DNA of 64,000 nt from the IMG/VR virus record IMGVR_UViG_3300050035_000427. One strand, 5' to 3'. Shown here piece after piece: positions 55,722 to 64,000 of this stretch; within the stretch, counting starts at the first letter, position 1; every line of letters starts with the position of its first letter. The notes below the pieces were generated by a model. The model did not search any database. It was given only the letters and a program-made list of their open reading frames with translations, and had not been told where the DNA came from. Source of the stretch: an uncultured virus (IMG/VR IMGVR_UViG_3300050035_000427). Taxonomy: Duplodnaviria > Heunggongvirae > Uroviricota > Caudoviricetes. Position numbers and translations under genes: made by a program.

Positions 55722-58019
55722 ATGCCTGAATTCTTCACAACCTATCCTGTCGGTTCACTTGAGACAACTCAGGCGCAGGACGAATTTCAGCTATTTACAG
55801 CAAGAGTCATGTCAGTTGACCACGAGAGGATCACGTGTTCTCTCAAGGATGAACGCAACGGAGCAGTCTACCAGGAAGTGAACATCTTTCCGGCGAACTC
55901 ATCCTCGACGACATCAACAGACGTGAATCTCCCTGAAATTGGAACCAAGTGCATGTGTGCAAACATCACATACACCAAGGGAGTGGTCAGAATTGCTATC
56001 ATCGCCTATGTGGTTTCTGACACCCTGCAGGGAGTGAATGCTGTTGCTACGAGAGGTCCTCAAGAGGTCCCTGGATACTCCACCAGGACTCGTTCTCTCT
56101 ATCGCAAAGCCTATCCTGGCCAGAAGACGGTCAACACGAGTGGCGGATATACCGAGAAAACTGATGGAGGCTGGGACAAAACCACTGCAGATCTGAGCAG
56201 GGACAAGTTAGACCCACACAGTCGAACTTGGTCACAATCGACGTCAGCCCTTGTGAGATACACTGACAGTGGCCTTCACGTGGCTGGTCCGGTGAGTCGC
56301 CCAGGCGCGGCAACGGTGTCTCCTCGCATTCTCCCAGATGGATCGTCGGAGAACATCGTCTATCTCCAACCAAACAGCAAACTCGCCAGCCGATACACGA
56401 GTGGATCTCAGGATATCACTCCCTTGGTGGAAGCTCGTGAGATGGTTCAGGAGTTCGCTCTAGACTATCCGGTTCCCATCGAGGTTCTCAACACGAGCCT
56501 CATGGACCAGATTCTGGGGACTACTGCCAATCTCTGGGAAAGAACCAAGATTGTTCAGAAGGGCAATGTATCCAATGATGACCAGGCAATCGCAATCAGT
56601 CAGACATGGGATCATCCAACTGATGTGAATGCTAAACCTGTCGGCCCAACTACGAGTGATGGTCCAACTCCTCGTCGTCGTGGATACATTATGGAGAGGG
56701 TGGCAGGTACACTGGTTGGTTACAACCAGTTCGACAAAGCCAACTATGGACAGGTTCTCAAACCATATCTCTTCAAGGATAGATTCTCGAATGATGTAGC
56801 CTCCGGATACAACGTGGTTGCAGCCAGCAACGATCACTCCGAGACCCGGCTCGCGGCCTCAGCCCTTGCTGTTCGCTTTCCTCATGAGTACAACACTACT
56901 CGTTGGGATGTAACCAAAGAAGGATCGATGAGTTTCGAGATCGGATCTACCATCCCCAAGGAGAATATCCTCTACGACGGTGGATCCTACGAGAATCCTC
57001 TTGGTGCAGGTCGTTCAGTCGAAGGTCACCTAGTTGGAAGTTTGAAGATGGTCGTGGGGAAGAACCGTGATCAGGAAGACTCCATCGATCTGACAGCCCT
57101 GGGCCAGACAGTCTTTCGGTTTGGTGCTGATGACACTTCACTTCCCAATGTTCGTCGGACAGTCTTCACTCAGAATCGCGGTCAGAACGACGCTTCTCTT
57201 GCTCGTACACTTCAGTACTGGACTCATCCGAAGACAGGACTTGGAGACGCTGGGAGTCTGACCAACAAGACTGCGATGGAGAATGTCTCGCTTCGGGCGG
57301 CCATGGATGGCGGCACCATCATCAGATTTGGAGCCAGAAATCCTGGAGTTTTGCGCAAGCATTTGATGAACGGATACAGTGATGGTCCTGGAATTCACGA
57401 AGTGGCTCCTGGGGATCCATCACGCCAGGATAGCAAGACGAGCGGTCGTCCTACCTATGGATCCGGAGACACAAAGTACTCCTTCCATGATCTAACTCAG
57501 GCCGGTGCTCCCATCGTCAAGATGCTCCCCTACAACTGGAGTGGTTCTCCTATTTCCACGAGCATGGATCGTCATGGCCTTTCAATCGACTTTCACACCG
57601 TTCGTGATGTTCTATTGAGAATAGGAGCCAACCCCGACACCAATCAATCTCTGCTGATGGATCTTGCTGGAGGACTGGCAGGCTGGTTTGGCAAGGATAA
57701 TCAAGGTCGTTCAGTGACAGCCACCTTGGATGGTGGGGCTGAATTGGTAATCGGACCTAACAATCAGCAGAAGGGTCTCCGGATGGAGATAACTGGTGAC
57801 GTGGATTGGACGATAAAGGGGAACTTCCACATGCTGGTGACTGGCGATACAGTATGGGAATCCACTACACATCGCCATAATGTCAAGACTGATTATATCA
57901 TCGCTGCCCAGAACATTACGGAGAAGGCTATGGTGAGGCATACTACTGAATCTGTGGATGTTATCCACAACCAGGGTCTTTATCAGAGTGATGAAAACTC
58001 TCTGAATCTGATTCCATGA
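55722..58019 (+). CDS. baseplate spike/gp5-like protein (probable)
   Basis: N-terminal OB-like ARVMSVD..LPEIG; C-terminal beta-repeat ITGDVDWTIKGNF. Confidence 0.6.
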   Translation: MPEFFTTYPVGSLETTQAQDEFQLFTARVMSVDHERITCSLKDERNGAVYQEVNIFPANSSSTTSTDVNLPEIGTKCMCANITYTKGVVRIAIIAYVVSDTLQGVNAVATRGPQEVPGYSTRTRSLYRKAYPGQKTVNTSGGYTEKTDGGWDKTTADLSRDKLDPHSRTWSQSTSALVRYTDSGLHVAGPVSRPGAATVSPRILPDGSSENIVYLQPNSKLASRYTSGSQDITPLVEAREMVQEFALDYPVPIEVLNTSLMDQILGTTANLWERTKIVQKGNVSNDDQAIAISQTWDHPTDVNAKPVGPTTSDGPTPRRRGYIMERVAGTLVGYNQFDKANYGQVLKPYLFKDRFSNDVASGYNVVAASNDHSETRLAASALAVRFPHEYNTTRWDVTKEGSMSFEIGSTIPKENILYDGGSYENPLGAGRSVEGHLVGSLKMVVGKNRDQEDSIDLTALGQTVFRFGADDTSLPNVRRTVFTQNRGQNDASLARTLQYWTHPKTGLGDAGSLTNKTAMENVSLRAAMDGGTIIRFGARNPGVLRKHLMNGYSDGPGIHEVAPGDPSRQDSKTSGRPTYGSGDTKYSFHDLTQAGAPIVKMLPYNWSGSPISTSMDRHGLSIDFHTVRDVLLRIGANPDTNQSLLMDLAGGLAGWFGKDNQGRSVTATLDGGAELVIGPNNQQKGLRMEITGDVDWTIKGNFHMLVTGDTVWESTTHRHNVKTDYIIAAQNITEKAMVRHTTESVDVIHNQGLYQSDENSLNLIP

Positions 58020-58060
58020 AGAAGTTTCAGGGCAAGCAATTTACCTAGAGGTACTTTAAT

Positions 58061-61000
58061 ATGGGAAGCATCACAAATCCGATTGTTCAAGCCATCACCA
58101 CTGCGACAGGGAGACTCTCCAGCCTCGTCAACGCAGGTGCGGCTCTTATCAATTCAGGGCCAGCCGGTAGCATCAATGCAGCAGGCAATCCTGGTCAAGA
58201 GAACTGGTACATCCAAGCCAAGGGAGGAATCAACCGGCTCAATGTTCTCAACAGTCACAAAGTCAACGAATACTACACCAAATCCTTGGAACAAGGTCGC
58301 CTCCTGGAAAACAGCATTGGGGATTCCATGGTTTGGATTCAGGAGAAGAAGAAACAGCTTGATGCCAGGATACTTCATCTGATGCACATGACCACTCTCG
58401 GAACGGATGGTCAACTCCCTACTGCTGCTCGGAAACCAAAGTATATCGTCGACTGTATCAAGTTCATGAAGGAAGTTCAGAAAGTGATGGGAGAAATATC
58501 TGGTCTCGTCACTGCTCTAGAGAAGGATCTCACTACTTTGGTGATGATTGAGAAGAACGTCTTGGGAATGATCCAGGCTTGCCTCAATATGTTGTCGTCT
58601 CTGCTGGCAAACATCTGTAACTGGGGTCTTCCTAAACTCCCTTCGATTCCCTTCATCGTCGGAGACACAATGTGGCGCTTCAATGGATTTGGAACTGCTT
58701 TGAACCAGTTGATGGCCAAACCTAACCTCTCCTTCAACTTCTCGTTCTCTCAGTGCAATATTACTCCTGCAAATTTGAACATTTTCAGCAACATTCCGAC
58801 CAGCATTGCCACGGCCATTCCAAGCTCAGCTATTGGAGCCACTCCGGTCTATATTCCTCCTCTAGACGGTTTGGTTCTCCTGCCCACAGTTCCAGCCTCT
58901 GATCCGGTTTTGTCAACTGTCACGGATACTCCCATATTCAACTCAACATTCGATCCGTTCAATCAGATGCTGGGGAGCGTACCAGATCCTGTCACTATTG
59001 TCAGCAATTACTTGATGCCACCAGATGTTTATCAGAAAAACATCGTGAGTATTGCCCCGGCTCTCAGATCCTTGGTTCTTCCAGTGGGAGTTGCTCCCAC
59101 ATTGGCAGACATGAACGCTTTGAAGATGGCTCTTAGGCTCAATGTCAATCTGGATTCTTTGGTAGACAGTAACTTTGATCCCTACCTGACATCAGCATGG
59201 CTCTATGAGCTCAATCTCAATCGACAGGTGATGACTCAAGGACGCGGTGGTCAGTGGATTGCCAACTACCAGGCTATCTACGATCAGTATATCCAGCCTT
59301 CAGTTGACATTCTGACAAGCACGCCAATTCCTTGGAACAATTTGAACGCACTTGGAATCAACGATCTTCCCACGATTCCTTTGATTCCAATTTTGAAGGC
59401 TGATTCAACTCGTAACCTAGCTTGGAAATTGTCGTATGTCGAGGCAGCCATCCTTGGCTATCCCAGGACTACCACGTTTGAACAGGGTCAGGATTCCACA
59501 TACGTGTCTTCGTTCACCGGCTCAGACCTCGATTACAAGTCAACTCCAGTCGATATGACAGTGGTTTCTACCTACACTCTTGGTGTTGGGACAGCGGACT
59601 ATCCAGTCGTAATCTCATATCCGACCAGCATGAACAACGCGCTGATGGATGTGGTGTCGACAGCTGCTACTAGCATCGCAAACAGTCCGTCATGGCAGTC
59701 TTCACATCCCCAGTTCCGATACATCTATAACCAGTTCGCCCAGGCGGCACTGGTAGACAGGTATTCTCAGTTCTGGAGGGAATTCCGTTCAAACTTGTCT
59801 ATGTTCTTAACTCAGAATATCGGTCTTATTCAGGAGGTCGTGAGTTATCCGGCGGCTCTCGATTCAGCCATTGATCCTTTGGGATCCAACACGATTTACA
59901 ACACGATGGAAGCCGACTTTCTGTCGAAGAATCAGAACTGGGTGCCAGGTTCCATTCTACTTCCGATTCCAAACGAATTATTTCTTCCTCAACTTGACAA
60001 CACTCCTCCTAGTGACACACCTGGATGGAGTGGTGGACTCTTTGATGCTGCAACGTTCTTGGCACGTCCGGATATTCAATCGCAATCGATTCCTGTTCAA
60101 ATGGCAATGCTCCGCACCAACCAGAGCTATGCAAGTCTGATGACCTTCCAGAACAATTTCCAGTCGGCGATTTCAGCAGCAGTGACAGCAGCAACCGCTA
60201 TGATCAGCACTGTTCAGAATTCCGGAGCTCACGTTCTGACAACAATCGACGAACTGGTTCCTACTTCAGCAGGACTGGGAGGAGTTCCAGTTATTTTTCA
60301 GACAGTGGATTACGACAACGGTGGCTTCCTTGAAAATCCAGACACAATAGTCATCAATCAGGGCGGAAGTTATCTCGTCAGCGGAGATCTGGATTGGGGA
60401 TCAACCTCTGCTTTGGCCAATCTTGGCTATATGCTCATGCTCAATGGGTCTACAGTCTTGGGCACTGAGACGTTATCGACTGATTCAACCGATCCTCAAA
60501 CTGAAGTCTTTTCCTTGACCTACAACTTCAACACTGGAGATACTATTCAACTGCTTGCATTTTCAAGTGAAGATGTAGAACTTCAATCAGGAACAGACTT
60601 AACGATTACGGTCAATACCAGTCCAGATACAACTAACTCCTTGCCAGTTTCGGTTCCTCCCACGGGTACCATGATGCTCACAGCCGAAGTCAACCTTGTG
60701 GCAGGACAAGCGGTTTCGGTAGACTCAAGTGGTAAAGTTACACCAGTACTTCCCACTCTTGTGGCATTACCTCAAGTTGCCGGAGAATTTTGTATTCCTT
60801 ATGTAGACGGTATTGCTCTAGAGTCAGCCACAGCAGGTTCCACAGCTACAGTTGCGAATGCGTATGGTACTACATTTACAGTTTCTGGAGCATCCTTTAC
60901 TGTGGGGGGAATCATCTATGTGGCTCACGATGGATCTATGACTCAAGACTATGCAGGAGAAGTTTTAACTAACTGTGATTGGACTGTTGTACTTGGGAAA

Positions 61001-61090
61001 GCTCTCACTTCAGACACTTTGCTGTTTCAGCCACATCTACCCTATTCACGGTGGGATGCTGGAACATATTCAAATCCAGTATCGGAATAG
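58061..61090 (+). CDS. large virion structural protein
   Basis: 1009 aa; C1q-like GSYLV segment; tail-module context. Confidence 0.65.
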   Translation: MGSITNPIVQAITTATGRLSSLVNAGAALINSGPAGSINAAGNPGQENWYIQAKGGINRLNVLNSHKVNEYYTKSLEQGRLLENSIGDSMVWIQEKKKQLDARILHLMHMTTLGTDGQLPTAARKPKYIVDCIKFMKEVQKVMGEISGLVTALEKDLTTLVMIEKNVLGMIQACLNMLSSLLANICNWGLPKLPSIPFIVGDTMWRFNGFGTALNQLMAKPNLSFNFSFSQCNITPANLNIFSNIPTSIATAIPSSAIGATPVYIPPLDGLVLLPTVPASDPVLSTVTDTPIFNSTFDPFNQMLGSVPDPVTIVSNYLMPPDVYQKNIVSIAPALRSLVLPVGVAPTLADMNALKMALRLNVNLDSLVDSNFDPYLTSAWLYELNLNRQVMTQGRGGQWIANYQAIYDQYIQPSVDILTSTPIPWNNLNALGINDLPTIPLIPILKADSTRNLAWKLSYVEAAILGYPRTTTFEQGQDSTYVSSFTGSDLDYKSTPVDMTVVSTYTLGVGTADYPVVISYPTSMNNALMDVVSTAATSIANSPSWQSSHPQFRYIYNQFAQAALVDRYSQFWREFRSNLSMFLTQNIGLIQEVVSYPAALDSAIDPLGSNTIYNTMEADFLSKNQNWVPGSILLPIPNELFLPQLDNTPPSDTPGWSGGLFDAATFLARPDIQSQSIPVQMAMLRTNQSYASLMTFQNNFQSAISAAVTAATAMISTVQNSGAHVLTTIDELVPTSAGLGGVPVIFQTVDYDNGGFLENPDTIVINQGGSYLVSGDLDWGSTSALANLGYMLMLNGSTVLGTETLSTDSTDPQTEVFSLTYNFNTGDTIQLLAFSSEDVELQSGTDLTITVNTSPDTTNSLPVSVPPTGTMMLTAEVNLVAGQAVSVDSSGKVTPVLPTLVALPQVAGEFCIPYVDGIALESATAGSTATVANAYGTTFTVSGASFTVGGIIYVAHDGSMTQDYAGEVLTNCDWTVVLGKALTSDTLLFQPHLPYSRWDAGTYSNPVSE

Positions 61091-61096
61091 GAAGAT

Positions 61097-61501
61097 ATGA
61101 GATACGAATTCCAATGTGTTGAATGCAGCACGATTCAAGAAGTTGTCTGTCCGATGTCCAAGGCCAACTTTGACGATCGCGTGTGTCCGAAATGCGGAGG
61201 GGTTGCCAAACACAAACTTGGAGCACCAGCTGTGCTGACTGCCAATATGACACATCAGACTATTGATGTCGCAGTTGGTAGAGATGCCAATGCCAGGTGG
61301 GACGATATTCATAGAAGACAAGAACTTCGAGAGAAGGTCCGTACGGAATCCAAGACCCAGGGTGTCTCTCTTACTGGACGAAACGAGTTCCAACCCCTGT
61401 CTGACTTAAAAAAGACGATCCGTACTGATACCAACAAGCAACTACAGACTAAAGGATACGAGAGCCTCTCTGAAGGGGATGCTCGTCTCATAAAGCGATA
61501 G
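61097..61501 (+). CDS. FmdB-like zinc-ribbon protein
   Basis: MRYEFQCVEC...CPKCGG. Confidence 0.8.
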   Translation: MRYEFQCVECSTIQEVVCPMSKANFDDRVCPKCGGVAKHKLGAPAVLTANMTHQTIDVAVGRDANARWDDIHRRQELREKVRTESKTQGVSLTGRNEFQPLSDLKKTIRTDTNKQLQTKGYESLSEGDARLIKR

Positions 61502-61608
61502 TGAACTTCTCTTTTTGATTGTTGAGAAAGGATATCAAAACCAAAAAGAGAATTCCTTTGTTCTTTATAGAGACGCTAAGCAACCCGAGTCTTCAGGGAG
61601 AAATCAAA

Positions 61609-64000
61609 ATGGCTCTTTTCGACCAGTACACAAAGCCCGGTGTTTATACAGACGTGAAGATTGTGAATGCGGGCACTCCGCTTTTCGGCACGGCTCGTGT
61701 CCCGGTGCTCATCGGAGAAGGTGTTCAGTCCTTCACGTACTCCGATGTCGAAATTCCTCGCGGGTCTGTGGCGGGTGGCAATGAGTCGGTGGTTGGCGAG
61801 GACATTTCATCTCAAGCCAATGGAATCACCACTGTATTCCAGCTTTCCTACTACCCGGTTGTGACTGGCGACGGAACCGACACAGTTTCCACCAATCCTG
61901 CTGATATCACGGTCTCGGCCAACGGAATCCAGTGTGCAGTTGCTGCTTTGAACGGCGCTCTTGGCCAGTTCACCTGCTACGAGATCCCTGCCGGCTCAGA
62001 TGTGGTGGTCAACTATTCCTTCGATCGCACCGATACACTGATCACCAACGAGAATCTGACCAACCAGATTCCCACCTTCGCTTCCCTGACTCTCCAGACT
62101 CTCGCCCTGTCTCTTTCGGTTCCTGGGGCGACAGGCAATGAAGTGACTTTGGCCTTCACCCTGGCTTCTTCAATGAATGGAGTTGCTGACGTTGCAGCGG
62201 TCACGGTCAATGGCAATGCAGTGAGTGTGGAACTTCGGAACAACGACATTGGCAACACCATTCGCACCGTGGGCAAAGTGGCTTCTCTGCTCAACAATGT
62301 TCTGACTCTGTCGGCAGGGTATATCCTGGTCGCTTCTGCTTCTACCACACCGGCAACTGCTGTCTCAGCCACTCCTTTTGTTGGTGGAACTGGTCAGAGC
62401 ACCAACACGACTTTCTCCGTATCTCACCTTCCCATCACCGACGGATCGAACGCTGGAGCCGCAACCACTACTCCTTCCGATGTGACGGTTTTGGTGAACG
62501 GCACAGCAGCTTCAGTCACGGCAGTCAATGGAGCAGCAGGACAGTTCACTCTGGCAACAGGCGTCACCACTGGCCAGACTCTGGAAGTCTCCTACTACAC
62601 CAACACCTACCAGAGAACCTTCGACGTCATTCCTTCTCCGAATGTCAGTTCGATCATTGAAGTGGGCCTTGGTCCCGACAGATCTGACTATATTCAGGGA
62701 ATTGACTACGTCCTCAGTGGCAACACCATCTCCTGGGGAGCAGCGGTCACCACAGAACAGGGAGCAGTGATCGGCACAACCGCTCCTTTCAACGGTCTCT
62801 ACATCATCACGACCTTGAAGGACGATCATGCGTATCTTCGTAAGGTAACTGGTGGAATCAGCAACAGCGTCAACCTGAGCTTCACTCTGGCTGACGTGCC
62901 GGTTGATGGATCTGGTCTGGGCAATCCGACCAATGACCCTTCTCTGATCAAGGTGTACGTGGGAACGGATCCGATCGCGGCTTTCACTTCAGGAGTTGTG
63001 ACGGTTTCGAGCCTTCGTGGAGATTCGGCGACGGTGGTTCTCAAGAATCCTCCGGCAATCGGATCTTTCGTGTATGCTTCTTACTATCGCTCTGTGCTGA
63101 ACGATCACACCCTTTCACTGACGGCCACGAATCCGGCTGCTAGTGGATACATCATCACTGACGAAAACGGCATCGTTGTTCCGACAGCCCAGATCACTAC
63201 GATCATGACTGGCGGCGGTATAACCCCGGCTTCTGAAAGCACCACGATGGTCTGGCCTTACAGCTTCTCCGATCTCAAGGCAGCGATCGAAGGACCGAAC
63301 GAAGTTGTGACTCTCACCTTCCAGAATGACAGCCTGTACCAGAACACGGTTCCTGGAACTCAGGCTGGCGCCACTATCCAGCACCTGGTCCTGCAGGCCA
63401 CAACAATTGGCGTCAATGTTACCACCAATGTCTCTTTCGTGGCAGGAGCACCAGTGGCGGACAGTCTTGCCGTGACTGTAACTGGAGAAGCGATTTCGGT
63501 GAACATCACCACTTCTATCTCCGGTGTTCGCACCATGGGAGACATTCTCACCATTTTCGACACCTATCCAGTTTCCACTACTCTGGCTGGTGTCGTTCTT
63601 GCTACTCTTTCCAGCACGTACACCGCAACCCCGGCAACGGCAGCTGGTCCGATCAGTTTCAGTGGAGGCACCGCCACCACTGGAACCAATCCATACGCGG
63701 ATCGCTTCATCGTGACTTCTACTCTATCCAGTGGTTCTGCTGGCACTGGCTACGTGGGACAGACCTATGTCGATGCCAGAACAGGACTGAAGTTCACTCT
63801 GGTTCCGATGTTTCCATCCACTGCTGCTCTCAGCTATGGATACACTTCTGCTCCATCTGGATACATCTGGGAGCCTGCTGACACAATTGCCATCACGGTG
63901 TCTAACGCAACAACTCGCCATGCTTCACAGATTCCCACCATCGACGTTCCGGGAGTCTGGACTGAAGTCGAGCAGTTCTTCAATGTGGGCACCGGCAACA
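61609..64000 (+). CDS. tail sheath protein, N-terminal part (runs off the window)
   Basis: GGGAG RBS; MALFDQYTKPGVYT...VPVLIGEG typical of sheath N-termini; absent from the ORF track, presumably because no stop falls in the window. Confidence 0.75.
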   Translation, partial: MALFDQYTKPGVYTDVKIVNAGTPLFGTARVPVLIGEGVQSFTYSDVEIPRGSVAGGNESVVGEDISSQANGITTVFQLSYYPVVTGDGTDTVSTNPADITVSANGIQCAVAALNGALGQFTCYEIPAGSDVVVNYSFDRTDTLITNENLTNQIPTFASLTLQTLALSLSVPGATGNEVTLAFTLASSMNGVADVAAVTVNGNAVSVELRNNDIGNTIRTVGKVASLLNNVLTLSAGYILVASASTTPATAVSATPFVGGTGQSTNTTFSVSHLPITDGSNAGAATTTPSDVTVLVNGTAASVTAVNGAAGQFTLATGVTTGQTLEVSYYTNTYQRTFDVIPSPNVSSIIEVGLGPDRSDYIQGIDYVLSGNTISWGAAVTTEQGAVIGTTAPFNGLYIITTLKDDHAYLRKVTGGISNSVNLSFTLADVPVDGSGLGNPTNDPSLIKVYVGTDPIAAFTSGVVTVSSLRGDSATVVLKNPPAIGSFVYASYYRSVLNDHTLSLTATNPAASGYIITDENGIVVPTAQITTIMTGGGITPASESTTMVWPYSFSDLKAAIEGPNEVVTLTFQNDSLYQNTVPGTQAGATIQHLVLQATTIGVNVTTNVSFVAGAPVADSLAVTVTGEAISVNITTSISGVRTMGDILTIFDTYPVSTTLAGVVLATLSSTYTATPATAAGPISFSGGTATTGTNPYADRFIVTSTLSSGSAGTGYVGQTYVDARTGLKFTLVPMFPSTAALSYGYTSAPSGYIWEPADTIAITVSNATTRHASQIPTIDVPGVWTEVEQFFNVGTGN

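Noticed and set aside
1..64000. Alternative genetic code (stop-codon reassignment)
   Set aside because: Conserved genes are intact under code 11 and end in TAA, TAG or TGA; no suppressor tRNA seen.

Overview
A 64-kb segment of a large (jumbo-type, probably myovirus) bacteriophage genome. Positions 1 to ~41.9 kb are mostly minus-strand. They carry DNA metabolism genes (SbcC/SbcD, RecA, RuvC-like, DnaQ-like, SSB, HU, DnaB, DinG, dCMP deaminase, MazG, intein-containing class II RNR), a peptide deformylase, at least 8 free-standing homing endonucleases, and two tRNA/ncRNA operons with 13 tRNAs. From ~42 kb the plus strand carries an iteron-containing initiator, a DnaC-like loader and a contractile-tail module ending in a partial sheath gene. 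The main discovery is that each tRNA operon is preceded by a short leader ORF whose codons match the downstream tRNAs. Operon 2 holds only GNN-decoding tRNAs (Val/Gly/Asp/Ala/Glu) and is headed by a 34-aa GNN-rich leader with a clear terminator/antiterminator pair. Operon 1 (Pro x3, Phe) is headed by a 19-aa leader containing CCA, CCG, CCT and TTT codons. This suggests phage tRNAs are supplied on demand through translation-sensing attenuators. The operons also contain five Y-RNA(YrlA)-like elements, one with a circularly permuted tRNA-Asp domain, plus several orphan structured RNAs. A fixed-spacing phage promoter motif occurs 8 times. All calls come from manual reading; no database searches were run.
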